DNA of 64,000 nt from a virus (taxonomy: Duplodnaviria; Caudoviricetes), in the IMG/VR virus record IMGVR_UViG_3300010167_000010, positions 96,001 through 160,000 of that record, one strand, 5' to 3'. The position numbers and the translations under genes are program-made. Shown in pieces: positions 40,694 to 50,081 of this stretch (positions within the stretch are counted from its first letter, which is position 1; the number at the start of each line of letters is the position of its first letter). The notes beneath the pieces were generated by a model. The model saw only the letters and a list, made by a program, of their open reading frames with translations, was not told the DNA's origin and made no database searches.

Positions 40694-41370
40694 AATGGTA
40701 TCTCCTTATCACCTTTCATCATTGCTAATTCTTCTTGATCTTGTTCGGCCTTTTCTAATTTATTTGAAGTTCTACGAGGATCATCATTTTCTTCAATAAT
40801 ATTTTCATCTTCGTCCCAATCAACATCGATCCATTTTTGTGATGCTAAATAATCTGCTAAGTGTAAACATTTTTCATCAAATTCTTCTGGAGCAGGTGCA
40901 CCTTTATCGAAATTACCCATGTGAGCATAGACTAATCGGGCTTCATCTTTTAAGCCAATTCGGTGTAATTCCATTCCAGCATCTTTAGCATGATATTTAG
41001 ATGTATGTTGACTATCATCAGAAGAATACTTAAATATATCATGTGCAAGAGCTGCTATTATCATAGTATCTTGATCTAATTCTGGAAATGCATTACAAAT
41101 TACTTGAACAAATCTAACTACTGCTTTAGTGTGTTTAGATAATCCAAATTCTTTATTAGCGAATTTTGGATGATATTTTCCAGTAGATGACGCGCTTCCT
41201 TGTATATTTTTATATGCTGATGTTCTTAATAAATTTTCTAATTTAGTACGTTTAGAATTATCTTTAATTAAATTTAATTGCGCTTTAAATCTAACGTTAA
41301 TTGGAGATTCAAGCATGAGTTGTTCTTCATATAAATATTGTTGGTAAATCTCTTCAAATAATTTTATCAT
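40690..41370 (-). CDS. HD-domain phosphohydrolase (paralogue of 30557-31159)
   Basis: ASSTGKYHP, HTKAV, AHDIFK, HMG, ADYLAS. Confidence 0.8.
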   Translation of the reverse strand: MIKLFEEIYQQYLYEEQLMLESPINVRFKAQLNLIKDNSKRTKLENLLRTSAYKNIQGSASSTGKYHPKFANKEFGLSKHTKAVVRFVQVICNAFPELDQDTMIIAALAHDIFKYSSDDSQHTSKYHAKDAGMELHRIGLKDEARLVYAHMGNFDKGAPAPEEFDEKCLHLADYLASQKWIDVDWDEDENIIEENDDPRRTSNKLEKAEQDQEELAMMKGDKEIPF

Positions 41371-41380
41371 TTTATTTCCT

Positions 41381-44300
41381 TTAACTTATTTTTATATGAT
41401 CAGCAATTTTTGTAATTAAATTAGATCCTTTTTCATCTACAACTGATAATGGATATTTTGCAGCACGAGATAATAAACAAGTTAAATTAAAAATTAAATT
41501 TTGTTTAACATTCTTAGGTTTTGCTAATTGAGTTCCCTCAAACTTATTTTTTAAATTACTTAAAAAATTTATCAACTCATCTCTAAATAAAGAAGATTTT
41601 GAACCACGTGCTGTTTGTATTTCGTTTAATTTATTTAAATAATAAATTTTATAAAAAGTATTTTCTCCCAATCTTTGTAATAATTTTGCATAATTTTTTA
41701 TTTTTTCATTAGGTGAAGTTCCCGTATAGGAAGAATTTTTAAATATATTTTGAAATTTAATTAAATCTTCACCATATTCATCTAAAATTTCTCTATTACT
41801 TATATCTTTATCTTCTAATTTTTCAGCTATTTCTGTTATAAGTAAATTATCATTTTCAGAAAAATTAAATAAATTATAATTTTCAAAATCATTTTTACTT
41901 CTTGAACCTAATAAATTATTTGTATATAAAATAGAATAAAAATCTTTTAATTTATTTATAGATGATAATTCATCTTTTAATCCATTAGAAAATCTACCAA
42001 TTTTTGCACCTGTTAGTGAATCTGTTCCTGGCATAGCTTCCATTTGTTGTGCTTCATCCTCTGATTTTCTTTTAAATAATAAATTCATAGATTTTAAATG
42101 AGTACTAATATACCCATCATCAGAAGTTCTTAATGTTAATATTGCTCCGGAAGGCTGATCTGATATAGAATAATTTTCAATAAATGTACTTTTTAATCCT
42201 ATTTCAAAATAAACGAATTTTTTTAAATCATCAGTATTAAAATATTGTTTATTTTTATTATCTCCAGCTATATAAAAATTTCCTTTTATTATAGAAATAT
42301 CATATGTATTATAATCATTTTTTTTAAGTGAAATAGGAATATATTTTTTATTTAAAAATAAATTATTAGAATTTTGAATATATTTCTCTGCTGAAGTTCC
42401 ACTTTTTACCGATTTTCCAAACTCTATAACTTCTCCTATGTGATCTTTTGCAACGAAAAAAATATCAGCTGGTAATATAGAATCTCTATCTATTCTTTTA
42501 TTATTAGAAGTTATTAAAGTTACTTTTTCTAAAACATTTTTTAATTTATCTATATCTTCTCTAGAAAAACTTTTTTCTAATTGATTATATGTAATACCAT
42601 CAATATAAGAAGGATGAATTAAAAAATAATCTTCTAATTTTAATGCACCATCTTTATATAAAGTAGTTAAAGAATTAAATATTTTTCTATTATCATCAAT
42701 ACTATCAAAGGATTCGATCCAACTATCAATAAAAGATGAAATTCTACCTACGTTTACTGGGTATTTATTATTCATTTCTATTTTTTTAGGATTGTCTCTA
42801 TCAAGAATTTTATTAAATTCTTCAATACATTTTTGTTCATCTGTAATATCACCTTTTTCAGAAATATAACTATCATTAAGTGCAATTTTTACACCCTGTT
42901 TAATTATTTTTCCCAAAAAATATTCTTGTAATACAGTAATATCTGATTTTTCAAATTTTTGTTCACCTAATTCTAATCTAGCTAGGCTTTGTTTTGTTTT
43001 ACCAGCCTTTATAAAAGCTGGTATCAATTCTTTTGGTGGTGCACTTCCAGTTCCTCTTATAGCTAAACTTCCGTCATTGAAAATTGCTATTTTTTCTCCA
43101 TCAATATCTTTTTGAAAATTACTATATTTTAATAAAAAAGGTTTTAATTCTTCGTTTTTAGGTCGTGAAGCTCTATTTAATGGGTGTACACTTATTTTAG
43201 TTTCATATCCAGTTTTTGTTTGACTAGAAGTTTTATTCCAAAATAATAAATGTGAAAATTCCTTATTTAATTTTTTACATAAATCACTTAAAAGATTATT
43301 TCCTAAGTTTTCTAAAAATTCATTTTTAGGTATATTTATTATTGAAACTGGTGCAGATCTTGGATCTAATTCTTTTTTAGAAATTTTAGCAGGTTTCGAT
43401 TTTATTTTTTCTTTTGTATTTAAACTCTGAGTTAAAACTTTTTCTACTTTAGATTTAACTTTCCCATTTTTAACTATAGATTTGATTATAATAGTATAAG
43501 TACCATCTGATTTAGTTCTTAATTTTGCTTCCATAGAATTATCAGTATATTTATCTTTTATATTTTTTAAAGCTCTTTTAGCAGAATCTAAATTAGTATA
43601 AGGTTCTATTCCAGTACCAGAAGTTCCGCGCATTCCTTCTTCACGTTCTCTTGGACCAACATATTTTTCTTGTTCTAATAATTTTTCTATAAGTTGATCA
43701 TTTTCTATTAAATCATCTTCAATTTCTTCTAATGCTAACTCGGCTTCTTCTTCAGTTTCAAAAGTTAAAATTATTTCTTCTATTTCTTCACTTTCAGTAA
43801 TTCTTTCAAACCCCTTAACAACATCAGGTGAACGATTAAAATAACTAAATGCTGATCTATCTACCATCTTAACAAATTTACCATCATTATCACTAATAAC
43901 AAAACCTTCACCATTAGTAACTTTCATCCCGCCAGATCTAGTATTGACTCTTGTAATCCACTCCTGTGATTTATTAAATTGATCTATTAGAATTCCTTTT
44001 ATATGAGTAGCAAATTGAAGTCCTCTAGCTATCTCTTGAATTAAATCTTTATTATTTTCTACAATAAAATGTAATTCTTTAGATGTAGAACTAATACTAT
44101 CTCTTTTATTATCTCTTCCTTTAACTGTTTTTAATTTATCTAATCCAGAATATGCTTTATGCATTTTTTTAGTAATCCAATCATGGAGTTCTTCTATAAA
44201 AGTACTTGTTTCTATTTCTTCACCTTTGTCAACTTTATGATTTTGTAAAGTCATCATATAGAATTGAATAAATTCTTCATTACTAACTAAATTTTCATAT

Positions 44301-45070
44301 TCATCATGGTTAATTAATCTATTACAAATATTTTTTAATTCTTCGATACCATTAAATAATCCTTCAGAAGCATTTTTATCTAATGTAACTTTCCCACTTA
44401 AATCTGGTAAACGAGCATCAATAACAAAAGCCCAATCTGGAACATTTTGTAATTCATCAATTCTAACATCATTAGACTGTTGTGGAGATTTTAAACTTCC
44501 TCTATAACGAGTATGAAAAACTATTCCAATTTCTGTTGTAGCAATCCTAGCTGCTAAATTAGTATCTGCTGGAGCAGCGTAGGCTAAAGTATTGGGTTGA
44601 ACATAAACATACTTAACACCCTCAGCTTCAAATGTTTTATAGTCACCATGGGTCCAAAGCATATCACCTTGCCAAATTTCTCCAGGTGGAATAATCTCTT
44701 CTTGTGCAAGTTTAAGTGCTGCTTTCATTTTTTCTTTTAAACCTTCAGCCCTACTATCATTATTTATATCTTCATTAGAATAATAAACTTTAGGATTTAC
44801 ATTAAAAAGTGATTTTGTACTTATACCTGGGGCATTTAAGTCGGCTGTTCTTGTCCACATTGTGATTGCTGGAGCTCCGTCCCATTTAACTGTGGGGCGT
44901 GGTTGTGAAGAATCGGCCGTTCCTTCTACAATTTCTAATGCATGATTAAAAAATCCGAGCATTCTTTTAATATAATCTTGACCTAATAATAGGCTATCTT
45001 CAATATGAAGGGCATGGGTATTTGCTTCCCGTAATTTTATATTTTTATATCTTTCTTGTAATGATAACAT
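41381..45070 (-). CDS. DUF6267-like ligase-fold domain fused to a putative PD-(D/E)xK nuclease-like domain
   Basis: NTH..HIED, TVKWDGAPA, QGD, PNT, EGFV, VKMVDR..FS..N; acidic linker; PADIF...ISLKK. Confidence 0.7.
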   Translation of the reverse strand: MLSLQERYKNIKLREANTHALHIEDSLLLGQDYIKRMLGFFNHALEIVEGTADSSQPRPTVKWDGAPAITMWTRTADLNAPGISTKSLFNVNPKVYYSNEDINNDSRAEGLKEKMKAALKLAQEEIIPPGEIWQGDMLWTHGDYKTFEAEGVKYVYVQPNTLAYAAPADTNLAARIATTEIGIVFHTRYRGSLKSPQQSNDVRIDELQNVPDWAFVIDARLPDLSGKVTLDKNASEGLFNGIEELKNICNRLINHDEYENLVSNEEFIQFYMMTLQNHKVDKGEEIETSTFIEELHDWITKKMHKAYSGLDKLKTVKGRDNKRDSISSTSKELHFIVENNKDLIQEIARGLQFATHIKGILIDQFNKSQEWITRVNTRSGGMKVTNGEGFVISDNDGKFVKMVDRSAFSYFNRSPDVVKGFERITESEEIEEIILTFETEEEAELALEEIEDDLIENDQLIEKLLEQEKYVGPREREEGMRGTSGTGIEPYTNLDSAKRALKNIKDKYTDNSMEAKLRTKSDGTYTIIIKSIVKNGKVKSKVEKVLTQSLNTKEKIKSKPAKISKKELDPRSAPVSIINIPKNEFLENLGNNLLSDLCKKLNKEFSHLLFWNKTSSQTKTGYETKISVHPLNRASRPKNEELKPFLLKYSNFQKDIDGEKIAIFNDGSLAIRGTGSAPPKELIPAFIKAGKTKQSLARLELGEQKFEKSDITVLQEYFLGKIIKQGVKIALNDSYISEKGDITDEQKCIEEFNKILDRDNPKKIEMNNKYPVNVGRISSFIDSWIESFDSIDDNRKIFNSLTTLYKDGALKLEDYFLIHPSYIDGITYNQLEKSFSREDIDKLKNVLEKVTLITSNNKRIDRDSILPADIFFVAKDHIGEVIEFGKSVKSGTSAEKYIQNSNNLFLNKKYIPISLKKNDYNTYDISIIKGNFYIAGDNKNKQYFNTDDLKKFVYFEIGLKSTFIENYSISDQPSGAILTLRTSDDGYISTHLKSMNLLFKRKSEDEAQQMEAMPGTDSLTGAKIGRFSNGLKDELSSINKLKDFYSILYTNNLLGSRSKNDFENYNLFNFSENDNLLITEIAEKLEDKDISNREILDEYGEDLIKFQNIFKNSSYTGTSPNEKIKNYAKLLQRLGENTFYKIYYLNKLNEIQTARGSKSSLFRDELINFLSNLKNKFEGTQLAKPKNVKQNLIFNLTCLLSRAAKYPLSVVDEKGSNLITKIADHIKIS

Positions 45071-45137
45071 ATTATTTAGTTAGATAGATTTACAATAATG
45101 TTTGAATAGCTAAATCTAATATCTTATATAGATTATT

Positions 45138-45293
45138 ATGAGAATTAAACAAGAAGATCTAGAAAAAACATTTAATTGTAAAATTTTCTTTAAAAATGAA
45201 AGATTTTTTGCTGAATTTTCTGATGGATTAGTTATTGCGGCAAAAAGTTTATCACAACTTAAAGCTAAACTTATAAAAGTAGATTGGAAATAG
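45138..45293 (+). CDS. small hypothetical protein
   Basis: MRIKQEDLEKTFNC...; ATG 8 nt after TCTTATAT motif. Confidence 0.5.
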   Translation: MRIKQEDLEKTFNCKIFFKNERFFAEFSDGLVIAAKSLSQLKAKLIKVDWK

Positions 45294-45295
45294 AT

Positions 45296-45327
45296 TTTGA
45301 ACATGTAATCTAAGTTTCTTATATAAT
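45296..45327 (+). promoter_or_regulatory. putative early/sigma70-like promoter (TTTGAA...TCTTATAT)
   Basis: Similar arrangement near 22941-22969 and 45101-45129; TCTTATATAAT also near 28583. Confidence 0.45.
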
Positions 45328-45348
45328 ATTTGTAAGGGAGATTATATT

Positions 45349-45717
45349 ATGGGAATGTTTAAGGAAGAAGCTTATCAGTTCGAAACTCTTTATGAGAACC
45401 AACCGAACTTAGGATATAATACTGGAAATCAAAATCATTCTGGCGCACTTCAAGAAATCCGTAATTGGATGACAGAAATGAAAGATATGCGTTATAATGT
45501 TACTTATTTTTCATATATAGGTTTAGAAGTTACCGACCCAACTTTGTATCATAAACGTCAAGACACATATTTTATCGCCTGGGAAGAAGATGAAGGCATG
45601 ATTCGCGGGACAGAATATATTGTTCTTACTACAAAAAAGGCTGACGGAACAAAAACAGTAACTTTAAATGGTCGAGCCGCATCTTATACTCCAAAACAAT
45701 TTAGGATGAAAAAGTAA
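45349..45717 (+). CDS. hypothetical protein
   Basis: AGGGAG RBS. Confidence 0.65.
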   Translation: MGMFKEEAYQFETLYENQPNLGYNTGNQNHSGALQEIRNWMTEMKDMRYNVTYFSYIGLEVTDPTLYHKRQDTYFIAWEEDEGMIRGTEYIVLTTKKADGTKTVTLNGRAASYTPKQFRMKK

Positions 45718-45719
45718 AT

Positions 45720-45917
45720 ATGAAGAAACCAAGATGTAAACCTGAATTTTATCTTCATAAATTAAAACTTGAAGGAAATATAGAATCTTATTCAAAAAAT
45801 GATTTGATTAAATTACTTATTGAACTTTATAAGCTCGACCCAGAAATGGCAAGAGTAACTGTTGGATGTGCTTGTTTAGCATGGAAATATGACGGAATAA
45901 AATTAAGGGAAATATAA
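45720..45917 (+). CDS. hypothetical protein
   Basis: ORF in operon. Confidence 0.55.
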   Translation: MKKPRCKPEFYLHKLKLEGNIESYSKNDLIKLLIELYKLDPEMARVTVGCACLAWKYDGIKLREI

Positions 45918-46108
45918 TGGAATGTCGAACACGAGATCAAGTTGAAGAACAACTTGAAGGTCTTTTAAAATTACATGGAGTTCAGCCAAATTATTATGTA
46001 ATACAATGTTTAGCTGATTATGTTGAAGAAATAGTTCAAGAAGAAATTGATGAAATAGTTTATGATGTAAAAGGCATCGTAAGTTAATTTAGAATAAGGA
46101 AAATAATT

Positions 46109-46297
46109 ATGTATACAAAAACCAAGAAAATGTCGATTTTTACCAGAATACTTATAGCAACTATTTATAGAAATAAGAAAGGACATACACATTCAAATCA
46201 AGAAGTTGATGGGACTACCAAACTTGTTCTTCATACTTTTTTAGGTGATTTTGTACGTCATGAAAATAATTTTTGGTATATAGAAAAGGGAGAGTAA
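46109..46297 (+). CDS. hypothetical protein
   Basis: AAGGA RBS. Confidence 0.55.
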   Translation: MYTKTKKMSIFTRILIATIYRNKKGHTHSNQEVDGTTKLVLHTFLGDFVRHENNFWYIEKGE

Positions 46298-46298
46298 T

Positions 46299-47612
46299 AT
46301 GAAATACGGATCAAGTGATATTAATGAAAAAGTTTCATCAACAGAGAAAGTTATTTCTATGTTTTATGAAATAGAAAAAACTCAAGGAACAAATAATAAA
46401 AAAGCACTTCTTAAAGAATTTGAAAATGATACTGAGTTTGTTAAGACGCTTCGTTGGTATTTTAATAATCTCATAATTACTGGAATTGCCGCGAAAAAAG
46501 TAAATAAAGAATTTTATCATGATATGGGTGATATGCCTATTGATAATCTTGGTGAACTTTTAGAATATTTAACTGTAAATAATACTGGTAGAGATTCAGA
46601 TATTGCAACTGTACAAGCTTTCGCAGTTAAATTTGATGGAGATACAGAAGAAGGAATATATCGCCTTGCAACTAAATCTTGGGATAAAGGTCTCGGTATT
46701 GGCCGTACAGTTTGTAACTCAGTTTATGGTGATGATTTTATCCCAATGCATGAAGTAATGCTTTGTCAAGATTACTTCAGTGATCCAGACTATTTTGTTG
46801 GAAAGTCATTCGCAATTCAGGCAAAGCTCGACGGCTTCCGCATGACAATATTCAAAAAAGGTAACAATGTAAAAGTTCTCAGTCGTAGTGGAAAAGACCA
46901 AACTGGTAATTTCCCTCTCATAGAAAAAGATGTGTTAAATGCATTTCCCGGAATTGATGTAGTTCTCGATGGTGAAAGAATGCCAGTCGGTTTTATGGAA
47001 ATGGATAGCAAACAGCAATATAAACTCGTTTCTGAGTCCACACGAAAAGGTGGCTCGAAGGAAGTTTGTTTAGCGGTTTACGATTTTATGCCTCTCAAAG
47101 ATTGGAATTCAAAGAAATGCAATCAAACTTATTCTGAGCGCTATGCAAATTACAATGCCGTTATTGGAAAAAAATACAAGTATCTCTTTGCACTTCCTGC
47201 TCTCTATATTGGTGACAATGTTTCTGAAATTGAAAACTGGTTGAATTGGGCGAAGGAAAATGATAAGGAAGGCGTCATTGTAAAAGATATGGACGCAATG
47301 TACGAATGGGATAGAACAATCGCATGTGCTAAAGTGAAATCATTCTTTGATATTGATTTACCAATTGTTGGATTTAACGAAGGCAAGGGCAGACATAAAA
47401 ATTCGCTTGGTGCAATTGAAGTTGAATATAAAGGGAATATAGTAAAAGTTGGAAGTGGTTTTTCTGATATAATGAGAAAAGAAATTTGGAATAACAAGAA
47501 AAACTATTTAGGAAAAATAGCAGAAATAGTTTATTTCGAAGAAACATCAAATAAAGCTGGTGGAATTTCGTTAAGATTCCCAACTTTCAAAACGATCAAA
47601 ATAGGAGATTAA
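46299..47612 (+). CDS. ATP-dependent DNA ligase
   Basis: KLDGFR, SRSGK, LDGE, YDF, EGVIVK, KVK, VGSGFSD, SLRFPTF. Confidence 0.95.
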   Translation: MKYGSSDINEKVSSTEKVISMFYEIEKTQGTNNKKALLKEFENDTEFVKTLRWYFNNLIITGIAAKKVNKEFYHDMGDMPIDNLGELLEYLTVNNTGRDSDIATVQAFAVKFDGDTEEGIYRLATKSWDKGLGIGRTVCNSVYGDDFIPMHEVMLCQDYFSDPDYFVGKSFAIQAKLDGFRMTIFKKGNNVKVLSRSGKDQTGNFPLIEKDVLNAFPGIDVVLDGERMPVGFMEMDSKQQYKLVSESTRKGGSKEVCLAVYDFMPLKDWNSKKCNQTYSERYANYNAVIGKKYKYLFALPALYIGDNVSEIENWLNWAKENDKEGVIVKDMDAMYEWDRTIACAKVKSFFDIDLPIVGFNEGKGRHKNSLGAIEVEYKGNIVKVGSGFSDIMRKEIWNNKKNYLGKIAEIVYFEETSNKAGGISLRFPTFKTIKIGD

Positions 47613-47737
47613 TATGAATATGTATCAAGTTAATGTAGGTGGGTTTATTTATTTCGCAAAGGCTACTTCACAAGAGCATGCTGAACAAAGAGTGTTTGAA
47701 ATGTTAAGTAATCCTAATATAAAACCTAGCGATTTAT

Positions 47738-47956
47738 ATGAACTTAATAACTAAGAAACAACGTGATCTAAATATAGATCCACTTATTGGAGTAATTGCT
47801 ACGTTAAAAACACAACCATATAGAATTGATGATTGCATTAGAACATTAAAAGATGTAATAATGAAGCTTTCTCTGAATACAGACGATATAGAATTAAACC
47901 AACGATATCGTAATATTCTACGAAAGAAATTATATCAAAGAAGGAGATATAAATGA
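47738..47956 (+). CDS. hypothetical protein
   Basis: ORF on coding strand. Confidence 0.5.
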   Translation: MNLITKKQRDLNIDPLIGVIATLKTQPYRIDDCIRTLKDVIMKLSLNTDDIELNQRYRNILRKKLYQRRRYK

Positions 47957-48104
47957 CAAGTTTTCTTACAGGTCTTTGTGCTGGTATAATAGCATCAATT
48001 GTTGTTACTACTATAGGGCTTCCAATATGGATGAATGTTATTATAATATTTTCCACAATATTTATTACTCGAAGTTTTTATGATGCTATAAATAGGAAAT
48101 AATT

Positions 48105-48335
48105 ATGATGAATCAATTCGAATTTGGAAGTCAAGTTTATAAAGATATTTTTTCTCCAGCTAAAATTACTAAAGAGATGATAATAAATGGACTTCAAGAT
48201 AATAAAGTGTCATTAGGAAATGCAGAAATAAGAGAAGAAGATAATCCAAAAATATTTGAAGCATTAAAAATGTTTGTATTATTAGATGCAAAACAGAAAG
48301 CAATAGAGGCTAAAGAAAGCGAGTTATTTGACTAA
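48105..48335 (+). CDS. hypothetical protein ending ELFD
   Basis: ORF with RBS. Confidence 0.6.
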   Translation: MMNQFEFGSQVYKDIFSPAKITKEMIINGLQDNKVSLGNAEIREEDNPKIFEALKMFVLLDAKQKAIEAKESELFD

Positions 48336-48571
48336 TGCCATCATTAAATAAATATTTTGATCAATGGATTAAAGATCATAATAGAGAATTAAATAAAAAA
48401 ATATGGGCCGCACTCGATAAGTGTGGCTTACCAAAATGTAATACTTGTATTCATAATTTATCTACTGATTCTTTATGCGATTCTTGTGAAAGATATAAAC
48501 AAAATTTAAAAACTACACAGTGGTTATTTGATGATGAAGAATATTTTAAAATATTTGGAAATAAGATATGA
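48335..48571 (+). CDS. small Cys-rich protein
   Basis: CNTC...CDSC. Confidence 0.55.
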   Translation: MPSLNKYFDQWIKDHNRELNKKIWAALDKCGLPKCNTCIHNLSTDSLCDSCERYKQNLKTTQWLFDDEEYFKIFGNKI

Positions 48572-48939
48572 TGCCTAACAAAAATTGGTTAGACGATTAT
48601 AAAAAATGGGTTGCAAATTATTCATATAAAGGAAAAGTCCCACCACCATTAGAAAAAATAAGAACAGGACCATGTGATAGAGGTTGTTATGTTTGTGGAT
48701 ATGCTTCTGATGTAAATAAGTGTGAAAAATATAATAATACTTTAAAAAAAGAAATTTGTATAGAACATAATGGAAGAAAAATTTATTTAAATATCCCAGA
48801 ACATATGAACTTGGATGATTATGAAGAAATAAATGGTATTAGATATTATAAAGATAATGATAGAGAAGTTGGATATCCAACACAATATTTAATAGATTAT
48901 TACTTTTTAAGAGAAGAAGAAAATATTTTATTCGATTAG
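48568..48939 (+). CDS. hypothetical protein ending ILFD
   Basis: Cys cluster CDRGCYVC. Confidence 0.6.
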   Translation: MMPNKNWLDDYKKWVANYSYKGKVPPPLEKIRTGPCDRGCYVCGYASDVNKCEKYNNTLKKEICIEHNGRKIYLNIPEHMNLDDYEEINGIRYYKDNDREVGYPTQYLIDYYFLREEENILFD

Positions 48940-48964
48940 TTAATTTATATTAAAGGAATAATGT

Positions 48965-49843
48965 ATGGCAAATCATAGATATAGTGCCAGTCGTTTTGGA
49001 ACTTATAGTTCTTGTTTAACAAAATATAAACTCACTTATATTGACGAATTGGTAGTAACGGGTAGAGAATCTGACTTACAAGAAAAAGGTTTAGCGTTTC
49101 ATGAAATAGCTGAACAGATGGATTCTAAAAAGACTATTAAAAAGCTAAATAAATTAGCTGAATCTATTTTAGAAGAAAAAAATATAGATCAAGAAAAATA
49201 TCCAGTTGCAAAAGCAATTCCCAGATTTTATATGTGGTGGCATGAATATATTAAAAAATGGGAAAGTGAAGGGTATGTTCTTTTTAAAGAAAATTGGGAA
49301 TATAATTCATTATCTGGTAAAGCCCTTTGTGGTGCAATAGATATGCTTCTTGTAAAAGAAGATACTAAAGATGTAGTAATTATCGACTTTAAAACTGGCT
49401 CGAAGGCTAATATAGCTGGATATGAAAATCAATTACTTTTATATGTCTATATGGTTGGAAAAAGATTAAAAATAAAAGATAAAGATTTAGCTAATAAAAT
49501 TAAAACTTATTTATTTTTCCCATTAGCTGGGATTAAAGAAGAAGATATTGATAATCCAGAATCTACAAAAAAATTTATGAATAAAAGTTTTAAACAACTT
49601 ATCTTCACTCCAGAAGATGTAGATAATGTTATAAAACAATTTACTGATATAGTTATTAAATCTGAAGAAACAAATTGGGAAGAACTAGATTTAGAAAAAA
49701 ATGCAACTATGAGTTTTGGTTGTAGTTGGTGTCCATTTTTAGGCCATCCTACATATTGTCCTGCTTCGTATAAAAATGGATTTAAATTTCCTCGAAAAGC
49801 GAAAATAATGACCAAAACAGAATTTAAGGAACTTCAAACTTGA
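48965..49843 (+). CDS. PD-(D/E)xK (RecB/Cas4-like) exonuclease
   Basis: S.S....Y..C, G..FH, GAID, IIDFKTG, QL..Y, CSWC...C. Confidence 0.88.
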   Translation: MANHRYSASRFGTYSSCLTKYKLTYIDELVVTGRESDLQEKGLAFHEIAEQMDSKKTIKKLNKLAESILEEKNIDQEKYPVAKAIPRFYMWWHEYIKKWESEGYVLFKENWEYNSLSGKALCGAIDMLLVKEDTKDVVIIDFKTGSKANIAGYENQLLLYVYMVGKRLKIKDKDLANKIKTYLFFPLAGIKEEDIDNPESTKKFMNKSFKQLIFTPEDVDNVIKQFTDIVIKSEETNWEELDLEKNATMSFGCSWCPFLGHPTYCPASYKNGFKFPRKAKIMTKTEFKELQT

Positions 49844-50076
49844 TTATAAGTAGTATTATATTTTTAATAGCAATAATAATCACATCTTTTTTATTTTATA
49901 GGGTGGGTTATTCTAATGGGCGAGAGTCAGTTTTTAAATATTTTCATAATAAAAAGCCAAAAAATCCAACATCGATGCCCGGCGGAATTTTAGATTGTTA
50001 TCATCGCCCACCAAATAGTAATTGTGCAGAACATTGTTTAGAAGATTGTAAGTATTTTAATGTTTACAATAACTAA
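49840..50076 (+). CDS. small membrane-anchored Cys-rich protein
   Basis: N-terminal TM; C-terminal Cys cluster. Confidence 0.5.
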   Translation: MIISSIIFLIAIIITSFLFYRVGYSNGRESVFKYFHNKKPKNPTSMPGGILDCYHRPPNSNCAEHCLEDCKYFNVYNN

Positions 50077-50081
50077 ATAAT

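Noticed and set aside
48965-49843. Cas4 as part of a CRISPR system
   Set aside because: No array or other cas genes; stand-alone phage exonuclease
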